Source: a virus
Lineage: Duplodnaviria > Caudoviricetes
DNA length: 64,000 bases
Reading direction: 5' to 3' (one strand)
Virus record (IMG/VR): IMGVR_UViG_3300042307_000844
Shown here in pieces: positions 36,087-45,596 of this stretch (positions are counted from its first letter, which is position 1; the number at the start of each line of letters is the position of its first letter). The notes below the pieces were generated by a model. The model was not told the origin of the DNA. It searched no databases and saw only the letters and a program-made list of their open reading frames with translations. A program made the translations under genes and the position numbers.

Positions 36087-36378
36087 ATTCTTTTGCTGTT
36101 TCATTAAGCACATCTCCAATATTTCGGAAAAAACTTTCAATGTGGTAGTTATCTCTCCACATCATATCTCGTCCAAAAGACGGTGTATATTGATCAATAA
36201 TTTTAGCAGATTTCTGCTGAACCCTGTCGAGATAATCCTTTCTCACTTCGTTCAATAATTCATCCTTGTCGTATTCTGATCGAATCAATCCTTCCACTTT
36301 TTCAATCAACAATCTCTGATCAAGAGATGCTTGCGATTTAATTTGTTGTAAGTTCATGCTATTCGTCATCATACTCAT
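36070..36378 (-). CDS. Hypothetical protein
   Basis: Packed ORF. Confidence 0.55.
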   Translation of the reverse strand: MSMMTNSMNLQQIKSQASLDQRLLIEKVEGLIRSEYDKDELLNEVRKDYLDRVQQKSAKIIDQYTPSFGRDMMWRDNYHIESFFRNIGDVLNETAKEYDKEK

Positions 36379-36808
36379 CTCCCTCCAAATTCGGTTTCAC
36401 ATATACATGTCCCATGGAATCCGGCCCACTCATGCTTTCCATATACACCATCTCCTTGTAATCCTCCAGACCCTTGTGTTGACCGTTTTCCTTCTTGATG
36501 CGGTTACAGAAAGCGTTCCAAGCAATGCGGTTGAAATAGGAAAATGGGTTGTATTCCGATTCGATGTTATAGAGCTTCTTTTCCAAAGCTGCATACATTT
36601 TCAACACCGCATCCCCGACCATTTCCTGTTTCCAAGACTTGGAATAACGGATGAAATTGATCTTGTATGACAATCCCTCCGCAATATTCATCAAATGGAC
36701 ACCCAATTCATCCAAATTCTCCCCCGTTTCATAATACTCAACCAATTGCTGTTTGAAGAGCTTGGAATTGACATAATGGGGTTTCTTAGCGTTTTTGTTT
36801 TCCGTCAT
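36359..36808 (-). CDS. gp55: Late-transcription sigma factor (T4 gp55-like)
   Basis: 'HYVNS', 'EMVGDA', and 'NPFSYFNRIAWNAF..RIKKE'. Confidence 0.92.
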   Translation of the reverse strand: MTENKNAKKPHYVNSKLFKQQLVEYYETGENLDELGVHLMNIAEGLSYKINFIRYSKSWKQEMVGDAVLKMYAALEKKLYNIESEYNPFSYFNRIAWNAFCNRIKKENGQHKGLEDYKEMVYMESMSGPDSMGHVYVKPNLEGDEYDDE

Positions 36809-38223
36809 ATATTAATAGCAATTTCTTTAGATCGCCACACGATCTGTTCCTTATCATAAATCTCCTGCCTATGTAACGCATGGGAATAAGAATACTTTAA
36901 ATTATCTGATACATCAATGATGCGGAGCTTGGATTTGTTATCATGCAACCGGAGTCCCCGACCAATGGATTGCACGACCCGAATGAATGATTTACCAAGT
37001 CCCGCAAATATGATATTTGGGAGATTCTTGATATTAATACCAGTTGAAAAAATGGATGCCATTGCAATACAAATGATATTATCATTCTTTTCCATCATGT
37101 CAATTATTTTCTTTCTTTCTTCGACTTCCATTTCCCCCTTAACAAAGAACACTCTCTTATCAGATCGGGAACGCACAATATGTAATAACTGATCCCCATG
37201 ATCAAGGTGATTAACCATGATAAGGGTATTACCAATAAGTGCATCAGATAATTTAGCGATGATTTGATTTCTTTTTTCGTGTTTGTATAGATATTCCAGT
37301 TCATCTTTATATTTAAATTTTTTGGTTTTTGGGTGATTGAGTTGTAGAGACGTAATTTCCACATCAGAAATATATCCCTCATCCCTAAGTTCTTTGGATT
37401 TCTTCTCATATATCACGGAGCCAAATGTTCCAATTGTCTTCCATTGATCAATGGGCTTATCAGAAAGGGTTCCCGTGAAACCGAATTTATTGGGAGTGTG
37501 GATTTTGTTTATGATTTTGGAAATCTGATTATCGGCTGAAATTTTATGACATTCATCGGTTATGAGCAGATTTACGCTCAAAATCCATGGATTGTCGGTA
37601 AATTGAGAAAGAAGGTTCTCAGAATTGCATATCACAACTTGGGTATCCTGCGGTTCCGTCCCTCCTGTCCATCCTGAATACGTGAATGTCACGCCATAAT
37701 CTTCAAAATCACCCTGTAATTGGTTCACAAGAGATAGACCGGGGACTACTATGAGACATTTGAATGTATCATTTGATACGTTTCTCGTATAATTTTCTAT
37801 GAGAAGTGCCTGTGCCAGAGATTTTCCGGCAGATGTCGCAAGTAGAAACGTCCCAAATCCTTTTTTCAGACCAGCAATCACTGAATCCTTCTGATAATAT
37901 CGGGCATCGTATTTCAAATCATCCCAAAATTCCTCAATCACCACCCCGCACTTCAATCTCTTCTTGAAATCATCAGTTAGGGATATATCGGTGATCTGGT
38001 TATCCCTGAGATATTTCAGAATCTCCCCATGGAATCCAAAATCAAACAAACCAGATGGTGTGATGGCATACTTGCGATCCTTGACGAACCGATGTCCTTT
38101 CTTCTTGGCGAAGAATGCCCCATCATTCTTGGCGGAAAAATGATTACGAATCATCCCAAGGGTGTCAGAATCGGTGATGATCTGCCCCTGCCTTTTGGAT
38201 GGTTTGTAGTCAAGGGTTATCAT
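36805..38223 (-). CDS. uvsW: SF2 helicase UvsW
   Basis: 'YQKDSV', 'ATSAGKS', 'DECH', 'GFTGT', 'STGINI', 'QSIGRGLR'. Confidence 0.93.
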   Translation of the reverse strand: MITLDYKPSKRQGQIITDSDTLGMIRNHFSAKNDGAFFAKKKGHRFVKDRKYAITPSGLFDFGFHGEILKYLRDNQITDISLTDDFKKRLKCGVVIEEFWDDLKYDARYYQKDSVIAGLKKGFGTFLLATSAGKSLAQALLIENYTRNVSNDTFKCLIVVPGLSLVNQLQGDFEDYGVTFTYSGWTGGTEPQDTQVVICNSENLLSQFTDNPWILSVNLLITDECHKISADNQISKIINKIHTPNKFGFTGTLSDKPIDQWKTIGTFGSVIYEKKSKELRDEGYISDVEITSLQLNHPKTKKFKYKDELEYLYKHEKRNQIIAKLSDALIGNTLIMVNHLDHGDQLLHIVRSRSDKRVFFVKGEMEVEERKKIIDMMEKNDNIICIAMASIFSTGINIKNLPNIIFAGLGKSFIRVVQSIGRGLRLHDNKSKLRIIDVSDNLKYSYSHALHRQEIYDKEQIVWRSKEIAINI

Positions 38224-38622
38224 TTAAGATTCTTGGAGAGTCTTGATACTGATTATATTTTTAATATCTTGGGAAATGAAAGTGATCAGACTCACCACCC
38301 TATCGAGATATTCCACCAGATACTCTTGTTCCTTGATCTTCTGGTTGATGTTCTCCAGCGATGGGGTCTTGTCCAGATCGTCCATCACTTGCTTGTTGAG
38401 AGCCACTGGAGACTCCTCCATCAGCTTCTTCTGAAGTGTGTGCTTGGTGGATGCCTTGAGCTTGTAGAGATTGTCCTTTTCGATCTTCGCATCGATTAGA
38501 CGGCATACCCAGAAATGTTTCTCTGCGGGAACTCTCTTAGTGACACCCTCCAGCGTGAAGTCGTCAATTTTAACGAACTCTTCGAATTGTGTTTGGTATT
38601 TTTTAATCAACTCAAGCGACAT
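38224..38622 (-). CDS. uvsY: Recombination mediator UvsY
   Basis: 132-aa helical protein directly upstream of uvsW. Confidence 0.72.
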   Translation of the reverse strand: MSLELIKKYQTQFEEFVKIDDFTLEGVTKRVPAEKHFWVCRLIDAKIEKDNLYKLKASTKHTLQKKLMEESPVALNKQVMDDLDKTPSLENINQKIKEQEYLVEYLDRVVSLITFISQDIKNIISIKTLQES

Positions 38623-38637
38623 ATATTAAATAGTAAC

Positions 38638-38886
38638 ATGGAATACTCTCGTGTCAAGGATGAAAAGAATATCGCAAATATTTATCAACAAATGCTTAAT
38701 GAGGATATGACAAGCGGTGGTGCGTTTGGTGGTGATATTGCGGGTCATGCTGGAATGGAGAACACGGATTGGTTTGCACCGGGGGATGCCAGAAACCCGT
38801 ATGGAATGGGAATCACTACGAGAAGTGGTCAATTGAGTGCGAAAAAAGGTAAGAAACGTAAGAAAAAGCGTGTTCAGAAACAATAA
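38638..38886 (+). CDS. Small basic late protein
   Basis: TAAATA (38627-32) + 5 nt + ATG gives MEYSRVKDEKNIANIYQQMLNE...; the ORF-track start at 38515 is too far upstream. Confidence 0.7.
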   Translation: MEYSRVKDEKNIANIYQQMLNEDMTSGGAFGGDIAGHAGMENTDWFAPGDARNPYGMGITTRSGQLSAKKGKKRKKKRVQKQ

Positions 38887-38906
38887 TTTTTGTACATAAG
38901 ACCAAG

Positions 38907-39045
38907 CCCGCCCACCACCCCTAATTATATTCGCCATATTGATTTGTCAATAGTGTAATATGAATTATTTTCAAGTTTTTTCAATTATTGTTCATCTATT
39001 CCCACCCTCCTCCCTATACCTTAACATGACTATTTCAAAAGTCAA
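38907..39045 (-). promoter_or_regulatory. Two tandem promoter + G-tract units; candidate replication origin
   Basis: TTGACT-N16-TAAGGT-ATA-GGGAGGAGGGTGGG and TTGACA-N15-TATAAT-TAG-GGGTGGTGGGCGGG, 94 bp apart, pointing towards uvsY. Confidence 0.55.
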
Positions 39046-39049
39046 TACC

Positions 39050-39226
39050 TTATAATTAATTAGCTTATTATTAGATATTGATTAGATATTAACTATGATT
39101 AAAGATAACTAAAGAAAGAAACAAAGAAAAAAAAATTAATTCTAATAAATACAATCAATCAGCTTACCAAAGCGTACCAACGCTTATCATTAGATATTGA
39201 TTTAGATTAATTATAATTAAATATAA
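39050..39226. other. Very AT-rich non-coding tract with repeated TTAGATATTGATT
   Basis: The motif occurs at ~39071 and ~39190; A-runs at 39110-39135. Confidence 0.55.
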
Positions 39227-39697
39227 ATGGAAAAAATTTTGGAAACCGCCCCACAAATCACCACTTGGAAGAATTTCCCAACCGATACGGAAGGTGTTGT
39301 GGGATTTGTTTACCTCATCCGCAACAATCATCCAGAATCTACACGCAAATATTACATCGGTAAGAAACAGCTTCTCAAGCGTGTGAAGCGCAAACCATTG
39401 AAAGGTAAGACACGCAATCGCATTTCATTTGTGGACAATGATGTGGAGAAGTATTGGGGATCGTCCAAAGAACTCCTGAATGATATTGAGAAATATGGGA
39501 TTGAGCATTTTTCAAGGGAAGTGATAGAGGTGTGTTACTCAAAATTCCATATGACGTATTCGGAACTACTGTGGCAGATCAAAACCAATTCATTAATGGA
39601 TCAAAGATTCTACAATGGCATTCTAAATGTTAGGATTTCGAAGATACCCAAAGGATTTGTTGACATTGAACGTGATCCTGCTATTTTGAAGCTGTGA
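39227..39697 (+). CDS. GIY-YIG-family (Seg-like) nuclease
   Basis: 'GFVYLIRN...YYIGKK', 'YWGSS', 'FSREVI', 'FYNG'. Confidence 0.75.
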   Translation: MEKILETAPQITTWKNFPTDTEGVVGFVYLIRNNHPESTRKYYIGKKQLLKRVKRKPLKGKTRNRISFVDNDVEKYWGSSKELLNDIEKYGIEHFSREVIEVCYSKFHMTYSELLWQIKTNSLMDQRFYNGILNVRISKIPKGFVDIERDPAILKL

Positions 39698-40194
39698 CAA
39701 GGATTCAATTTCAAAATAGAAAGATCATCGACATTGATGAGATATTTCGGGATACGAATGGAAATTTCGCAATCCTTTTGGAATCCCTTGGATTGACCAC
39801 CACCTTTGATTTCTCCAAGCGCAATAACCAAAAATTATACACCCACGAGTTCATCAAGACCACAACACAATTCCTGAAATACAACACCCACACGGATTTC
39901 ATTTTCTTTTCCAATGCTCTTACCAAGGACAAGTTCCGCAATCGACTTTTGGCTAAAATCCGGCGAATCTTCAAGATAAGGATTTGGGAAGCCAATTATG
40001 ATTTGGAGCATTTAAAATACCTGATTGATATTCGGGACTGTTCCACCATCTCTGGATTGGAAATGGCATTTTCGGATCGCAAACCCCCATCGTTCCGCAA
40101 GATTTCCAAATATCTGGAAAAGGAAGGTCTGACATTCCTAAATGAAAAATACTTTCAAGATGTGGTAAACAAAATGATAATTTTCAATCATTAA
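39694..40194 (+). CDS. Hypothetical protein
   Basis: GTGA-coupled ORF. Confidence 0.65.
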   Translation: MTRIQFQNRKIIDIDEIFRDTNGNFAILLESLGLTTTFDFSKRNNQKLYTHEFIKTTTQFLKYNTHTDFIFFSNALTKDKFRNRLLAKIRRIFKIRIWEANYDLEHLKYLIDIRDCSTISGLEMAFSDRKPPSFRKISKYLEKEGLTFLNEKYFQDVVNKMIIFNH

Positions 40195-40207
40195 TCTAAA
40201 TAGTATT

Positions 40208-40657
40208 ATGAGCAAATTTCTTGAGATTTTAGAACAACACGATCCTGCCAACCAATCCAAGATGGATGCGGCATTTCAGGCGAAATTCTTCCTTTATGAA
40301 CAAGAAGTCCCTTTCAGTTCCAAAGGTTCCCAAATCATCCTTCATGCGGAACAAGGGGATATTATTTTGGAAGCTGTGGGTATGCAAGCCCGTCAAGATA
40401 TGGGCGATCTCCCAGAGGAAGAACAACAAACAGTTGGTTCGTATGATATTGACGGAGAAGTTGAAAAATTGGGCGCAAAAGCATTAAGTCTTGGCCCAAT
40501 GGGTAAGCTTCTTGGGACGAAGGCACAGAAAGCGAAAGCGGCAGCTAAAGAGCGCGATAATGTTGCGGGTCAAGCGGTAGAACAGTATAAAAACAACACC
40601 AACAGCCTAAGAAAAGCGGTTGCAAAATCCAAAGCGAAAAAATTCAACGTTGTTTAA
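40208..40657 (+). CDS. Hypothetical late protein
   Basis: TAAATA (40197-202) + 5 nt + ATG. Confidence 0.75.
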   Translation: MSKFLEILEQHDPANQSKMDAAFQAKFFLYEQEVPFSSKGSQIILHAEQGDIILEAVGMQARQDMGDLPEEEQQTVGSYDIDGEVEKLGAKALSLGPMGKLLGTKAQKAKAAAKERDNVAGQAVEQYKNNTNSLRKAVAKSKAKKFNVV

Positions 40658-40658
40658 C

Positions 40659-41063
40659 ATGAAATCTAAAACCTTACAATTAATCGCAAGATACCAAACC
40701 ATCTTGGAACAAGATGAGCAAAATCCTGAAGCTGGTATGGAACAAGCACCACCCCAAGAAGGACAATCTCCTGCACCAGAGATGCCTCCTGAAGAACCTC
40801 AAGAGACAATCCCCCTGAGTTCTCCCGCCGAAGTGCGTTACATGGAAGATGTGGTTCTAGCTGCTCTCATGGAACCCCCCAGTGGCACGGATCGCATTGC
40901 TTTGGAAAACATCCTAGATTTGCTACGCAGACCTGATAATATCAAGAGAATTCAAGCATCGGGACAAACCGCAAAGGATTTGTATCAATCAAAAGTTCTT
41001 CCAATTATCCGTCCTGCACAACAAGGACAGGACATTCGGGATAATTTAGATCAGATGGACTAA
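40659..41063 (+). CDS. Hypothetical late protein
   Basis: Start taken at MKSKTL, 1 nt after the upstream stop. Confidence 0.7.
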   Translation: MKSKTLQLIARYQTILEQDEQNPEAGMEQAPPQEGQSPAPEMPPEEPQETIPLSSPAEVRYMEDVVLAALMEPPSGTDRIALENILDLLRRPDNIKRIQASGQTAKDLYQSKVLPIIRPAQQGQDIRDNLDQMD

Positions 41064-41071
41064 ATAATATT

Positions 41072-41530
41072 ATGAAATTCAAAGGAGAAGAAAATGCCGT
41101 GCTTTGGGAATCCTATACTGGAAGAAATTTTAAACGAGAAGACGCAGAAGAAGACTTCATGAGCGATGATCTTGAAGACGATTTTTCTGATGATGGTATT
41201 GACGATTTTGACGATGACATGGATTTTGGCGATGATCTTGACGATGATCTTGGAGGCGGGGAAGCACAAGGAATGGTCATGCAAATTGATCCAATTGCTC
41301 CCGTGGAATCGCATGAGGTAAATGAGGTTCTGGTATCGGAACTCAAGAAGCTTTCGGAATATGGTAAGCGTCTTTATGACATGAAAGATTCCGCTGAATT
41401 TGAAGATTGGATGGTTTCAGCAATCACCATTGCATCTACTTACGTTTCCGATGTTTGGCACCGTCTGGATGCCAAGGCTGATTTCGCCAATACGGGGTTT
41501 GAGCAAGCCGATGATTTCGAACAATTTTAA
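41072..41530 (+). CDS. Acidic hypothetical late protein
   Basis: TAAATA (41061-66) + 5 nt + ATG; Asp-rich tract. Confidence 0.75.
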   Translation: MKFKGEENAVLWESYTGRNFKREDAEEDFMSDDLEDDFSDDGIDDFDDDMDFGDDLDDDLGGGEAQGMVMQIDPIAPVESHEVNEVLVSELKKLSEYGKRLYDMKDSAEFEDWMVSAITIASTYVSDVWHRLDAKADFANTGFEQADDFEQF

Positions 41531-41531
41531 T

Positions 41532-41798
41532 ATGATATCCAAATCAGAAGAAAATGAAATTATATGGGAATCGTTGAAAACAGATTCTTCTCAAGATCAT
41601 TTGTCTCTTCTTATGGACTCCAAGCACATGATCGAACATATGATTAAAACGATTAATAATTATTCAATGTTCCATAGCACCCCCGATAAACCTAAACCAA
41701 AATTCCCAAATATTGGGGAGATTTCATCTGCACATAAAAACGTAAAACGGATTTACGAAAGCATGGGCGTAGATGTTAATGAAAAACCAGTAATTTAA
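41532..41798 (+). CDS. Hypothetical protein
   Basis: Start taken at MISKSEENEIIWES, 1 nt after the upstream stop. Confidence 0.6.
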   Translation: MISKSEENEIIWESLKTDSSQDHLSLLMDSKHMIEHMIKTINNYSMFHSTPDKPKPKFPNIGEISSAHKNVKRIYESMGVDVNEKPVI

Positions 41799-41802
41799 AT
41801 GA

Positions 41803-42261
41803 ATGAGAAGTTTCAAGCAATTCTTTGTGGAAAAAAACATCCTCGGTTTGGAAGAGGATATCGTAGTTGATGGTGTCGGAACCATATCCGCCAAATTGGA
41901 TACGGGTAATGGTGCTTACAATGTTTTACACGGAGAAGACCTTGAGTTCGGAAAAGACAGACAAACCAACCAACCCATAGTAAGATTTACAACCATGAAT
42001 TCCATACGCTTAGAAAAACCAGTCAAAGATACCATCACTATTAATCTAGGGGCTGGTAATACGGAAGAACGTCCAATCTGTTTATTTGATTGTGCAATTG
42101 GGGGTAAGAGATTCCCCAATACGCCATTTTCAATTGGTAATAGAGCGGATAACGATCATAAGGTTTTAATTGGTAAGGGATTTATAGCGAAGCAGTTGGA
42201 TGCGCTTGTCGATGTTGCCCTTAAAAATGTGGCAGATCAAAATTTAACAGCAGATGTCTAA
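41803..42261 (+). CDS. Retropepsin-like (RimK-associated 'Zn_protease' family) protease
   Basis: 'AKLDTGNG', 'EERP', and 'FSIGNR...VLIG'; N-terminus MRSFKQFFVE. Confidence 0.75.
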   Translation: MRSFKQFFVEKNILGLEEDIVVDGVGTISAKLDTGNGAYNVLHGEDLEFGKDRQTNQPIVRFTTMNSIRLEKPVKDTITINLGAGNTEERPICLFDCAIGGKRFPNTPFSIGNRADNDHKVLIGKGFIAKQLDALVDVALKNVADQNLTADV

Positions 42262-42937
42262 TAAAATATCACAAAAAGAACTTTTGAGTGAGGGATTTTG
42301 GGATGCTTTTGGAAAAGCAAAAGAAAAACTCAGAGAGAAATTTCCTAGAACTACTAGATTGGCATCTTTAGCTGGTTCTGTTGCTGATGTGGTAGCTCCA
42401 GAAATAATGCAACCTATTAGAAAGCAAAAAGAATGGAGAGATTCCGCCAGTGAAAAAGCTAAAAGAGCTTCAATGACTCAAGATCAAATTACGTTGGATT
42501 ACATTCATGAAGATGGGTTCCACGAAGAGCGAGGTGAAAAGCTCAATTGGAATCCGAAACGAAACGCCGATGGGACATACACAGCAACTATTAAAGTGGG
42601 GGAGTTGGTAAACGATCCACAGACGGGTGATCCTAAATTGGGTAGAACATTCTCTGCTGATAAATCAACATATATTGTTAAATTTGATCCGAAAAATAGG
42701 ACAGCCAAAAGAGTTAGAGGACCAGACAGACAGCTTGCTTCCAGTACCGACCAAATTAGGTATGCATTGGAAGATGCTGGTTATAATACTGTGGGTGGTA
42801 TTAAAATTACTGGAAATAATCGAGATGGTACTATAAATGTGGACGCATATATATTAACTAATATTGGTGGGAATCAACAACGGACTTTACAACATTTTAT
42901 TTATAATCCTTCCACGGAACAAATATCCATTCCTTGA
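42254..42937 (+). CDS. Hypothetical protein
   Basis: 227-aa ORF. Confidence 0.7.
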   Translation: MSNKISQKELLSEGFWDAFGKAKEKLREKFPRTTRLASLAGSVADVVAPEIMQPIRKQKEWRDSASEKAKRASMTQDQITLDYIHEDGFHEERGEKLNWNPKRNADGTYTATIKVGELVNDPQTGDPKLGRTFSADKSTYIVKFDPKNRTAKRVRGPDRQLASSTDQIRYALEDAGYNTVGGIKITGNNRDGTINVDAYILTNIGGNQQRTLQHFIYNPSTEQISIP

Positions 42938-43326
42938 CATTCTCAAATGTCTCCATAAATCCTATCATGCAAGTGGAAATCAAAGCGCAAGAGGATGAGA
43001 ATTTCAAATTCATTACAACGGACGAAACGGATGATCTTAAAGATGATTCCCATGTCAGTTCTGTGAATAATGACGATAATGTATTGGTTGGAAGAACTTG
43101 GAATAAATGGTATGGTGAATACATGACACCCGAAGAATTGGAAGAAAAGCAAAAACAACAAGAGATACGGGATGAAGAGCTTAAACAAAAATCAATTGAA
43201 AGATTGAAAGCAGAAAAAATCGCAGAACAACCCGTTCAACTGGAACCGCCCAAACGCATGGAAGCAACGCTGAACAATAAATCGGGACACGAATGGTTTA
43301 ATGGAACATCTTGGGGATTGAAATGA
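42934..43326 (+). CDS. Hypothetical protein
   Basis: Coupled ORF. Confidence 0.6.
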   Translation: MTFSNVSINPIMQVEIKAQEDENFKFITTDETDDLKDDSHVSSVNNDDNVLVGRTWNKWYGEYMTPEELEEKQKQQEIRDEELKQKSIERLKAEKIAEQPVQLEPPKRMEATLNNKSGHEWFNGTSWGLK

Positions 43327-44144
43327 TAACAAATATTAAAATTCTAAATGGGTTTGCCACTGAGCTTCCCAATTTCCACAAGGGAATTGAATTCCAATTT
43401 TCGGAAGGGCTAACTATTTTGAATGGTCCAAATGGCTGCGGCAAGACCAGTGTTCTAAAAATGCTCAAGGCATATTGTGGCATCCCCAATGGATATGCGG
43501 GATGGTCTAGGATTTCTTCGGAACTTGCTCTGGGAGCGCAGCAGAGAAGTCATTTCCCTTACGTGTATCGCGCCTATTCCCCCGGTCAATCCGACTGTAT
43601 TGTGGGTTGGGATGGAACACCAACCTTCTATAATGAAGGGGATGTAAAGATTGACCAATGGGGATGGTTCACTCACAAGGATATTTCATCAGAAGATGGT
43701 ATGACCACGGAAGCGGAACACATGGATGCAATGGTTGAGAAACCATCATCGGGTCAATATCGTTTGAAAAAGCTCAACAAACTATTCAACATGCTCAAGA
43801 GTCCTCCTGATCTCACCAAGTATGTTTCTTCCCATCCCGCACAAGTTGGAGAGGTCGATTACATCCGTTCCCTACCGCGCACGGGCAGGGTGACATTGCT
43901 TCTGGATGAGCCAGAGCGAGCATTATCCCTACCCAAGCAGATGGAACTCTTTGCTCTTCTGAAAAGGATGTCCAAGGAATACCAAATCATCGTGGCAACC
44001 CATTCTCCCTTTGTTTGCCTCATGGATTTGGATGCTAAAATCTATGATATTGAAGTTGGATATAGTGATGAATGTAAGAATATCATTGAAAATTTAGTAA
44101 AGTATAATGGGGAAGAACAATGGATTTTAAGTGGTGGTGAATAA
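43323..44144 (+). CDS. Stand-alone ABC/SMC-type ATPase
   Basis: 'GPNGCGKT', 'SSGQ', 'LLDEPE', and 'ATHSP'. Start set at the ATGA overlap. Confidence 0.85.
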   Translation: MITNIKILNGFATELPNFHKGIEFQFSEGLTILNGPNGCGKTSVLKMLKAYCGIPNGYAGWSRISSELALGAQQRSHFPYVYRAYSPGQSDCIVGWDGTPTFYNEGDVKIDQWGWFTHKDISSEDGMTTEAEHMDAMVEKPSSGQYRLKKLNKLFNMLKSPPDLTKYVSSHPAQVGEVDYIRSLPRTGRVTLLLDEPERALSLPKQMELFALLKRMSKEYQIIVATHSPFVCLMDLDAKIYDIEVGYSDECKNIIENLVKYNGEEQWILSGGE

Positions 44145-44174
44145 TAAATATAATAGAATTTAATAAATAATAAT

Positions 44175-44411
44175 ATGAGCGGGTTTTTTAAAGAAAAATA
44201 CGGAGGTTCTGCTGGGGCAATTTTGGATGCTTGGGGGCATGACCGAATCAATGCGGAGATTGGAAACATCTATGAGCAACATGTATTTGGTGCCAAGAGC
44301 ATCAACATGGACGAACTTCTAAATGAATTTCATGGACAAGCTACGGGCGGTGCTGTGAGGTATTCGGCTGATATTAAGACTGCTCCCAAAGGGGGCTTAC
44401 TGGAAGGATAA
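44175..44411 (+). CDS. Hypothetical protein
   Basis: Small ORF. Confidence 0.55.
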   Translation: MSGFFKEKYGGSAGAILDAWGHDRINAEIGNIYEQHVFGAKSINMDELLNEFHGQATGGAVRYSADIKTAPKGGLLEG

Positions 44412-44416
44412 AAATT

Positions 44417-44806
44417 ATGAAAAACGTATATGAAGCGACATTTCCTAGTCCTATGACTGAGGAACAAAAAGAAGAAGCCACTAAAATTGCTAGACATCTG
44501 GCAACACATTACTTAAACGCTGTATGGGATATGTCAAGTGGACGAGGAGTCCCATCTGAAGAAGTAACAAATATCCAAGAGAAATATAAACAAGTGGAAC
44601 AGCAAGTCGTGAGGGAATATGAGAAATCTCTGAATGAAAAGGTTCTTAAATTCTTCATGTTAAAGCGTAAGAAGAAAGGGGAAAAGATTTCCATTGATGA
44701 TGTTGTAAGCATTATCAAATATAAGCTAATATCCAAACCAAAGAGGAAATTGGATTGTTTCATGTGGGATAAAGAATATAATATTTATCCGTTGGTTAGA
44801 CGGTGA
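44417..44806 (+). CDS. Hypothetical protein
   Basis: Packed ORF. Confidence 0.55.
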   Translation: MKNVYEATFPSPMTEEQKEEATKIARHLATHYLNAVWDMSSGRGVPSEEVTNIQEKYKQVEQQVVREYEKSLNEKVLKFFMLKRKKKGEKISIDDVVSIIKYKLISKPKRKLDCFMWDKEYNIYPLVRR

Positions 44807-44849
44807 TCACACATAGATATTACTCAGATTTTGACTAAGTAATATCAAC

Positions 44850-45596
44850 ATGGCAATTAAAAATGCTCCGAAAGGAAAACGCCGGGAAGTCAATTTAGTA
44901 GATGTTGAAAGTGCTATCGCCAATAGCTACAATAAGATTGACTTCAAATTTAAAAACAGAGCTTTCAAATTAACCGACAAACAAAAAGAGTTGGTTTCAA
45001 TTATAAACGATCCAAATACTAAGGTTGTTATAATTCAAGGCCCAGCCGGAACTGGAAAATCTTGGACATCTATTTATTGTGGATTGACGTTGATTAAAGA
45101 ACAAAGATTTGAAAAGCTTCTTTATGTGAGAGCCATGGTTGAAAGTGCTTCCAAATCCATGGGATATCTTCCGGGGTCAGAAGCAGACAAGACATTACCA
45201 TTTAATGCTGTAGCTTTTGAGTTGATAAATAAGCTGGTAGAAGATAAGGATTTACCTAAAATTCAAAAAGCTGGTATCATCGAAACTATGCCAGTAAACC
45301 ACGCTAGAGGACACACATGGGATAATATGTTTGTTTTAGTTGATGAAACGCAGCAAATGGAAACCAAGGAAATTCTTACGGTTGCTAGTAGGCTGGGGGA
45401 GAATAGCATTATGGTCTTAGCTGGAGATCACATGCAACCAGATATCCAGAGGAGTGGTTTTCAGGCTGTTTATAATGCCTTCAACGATCAAGAATCCATT
45501 GATAATGGTATCAGGACATTTGAATTTACGGAAGATGATATCGTAAGGTCAAAAATTCTCAAATTCATCGTCAAGAAATTTAAGACAATTTCTTAA
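44850..45596 (+). CDS. phoH: PhoH-family ATPase
   Basis: 'GPAGTGKS', 'GYLPG', 'RGHT', 'DETQ', 'GDHMQPD', 'DIVRS'. Confidence 0.93.
   Translation: MAIKNAPKGKRREVNLVDVESAIANSYNKIDFKFKNRAFKLTDKQKELVSIINDPNTKVVIIQGPAGTGKSWTSIYCGLTLIKEQRFEKLLYVRAMVESASKSMGYLPGSEADKTLPFNAVAFELINKLVEDKDLPKIQKAGIIETMPVNHARGHTWDNMFVLVDETQQMETKEILTVASRLGENSIMVLAGDHMQPDIQRSGFQAVYNAFNDQESIDNGIRTFEFTEDDIVRSKILKFIVKKFKTIS

Noticed and set aside
38887-39226. tRNA or other structured RNA gene in the intergenic gap
   Set aside because: No cloverleaf, T-loop (GTTCRA) or CCA pattern recognised. A covariance-model search was not run.
44831-44852. Late promoter for phoH
   Set aside because: The hexamer is TAAGTA and lies 8 nt from the ATG, breaking the otherwise strict TAAATA-N5 pattern.
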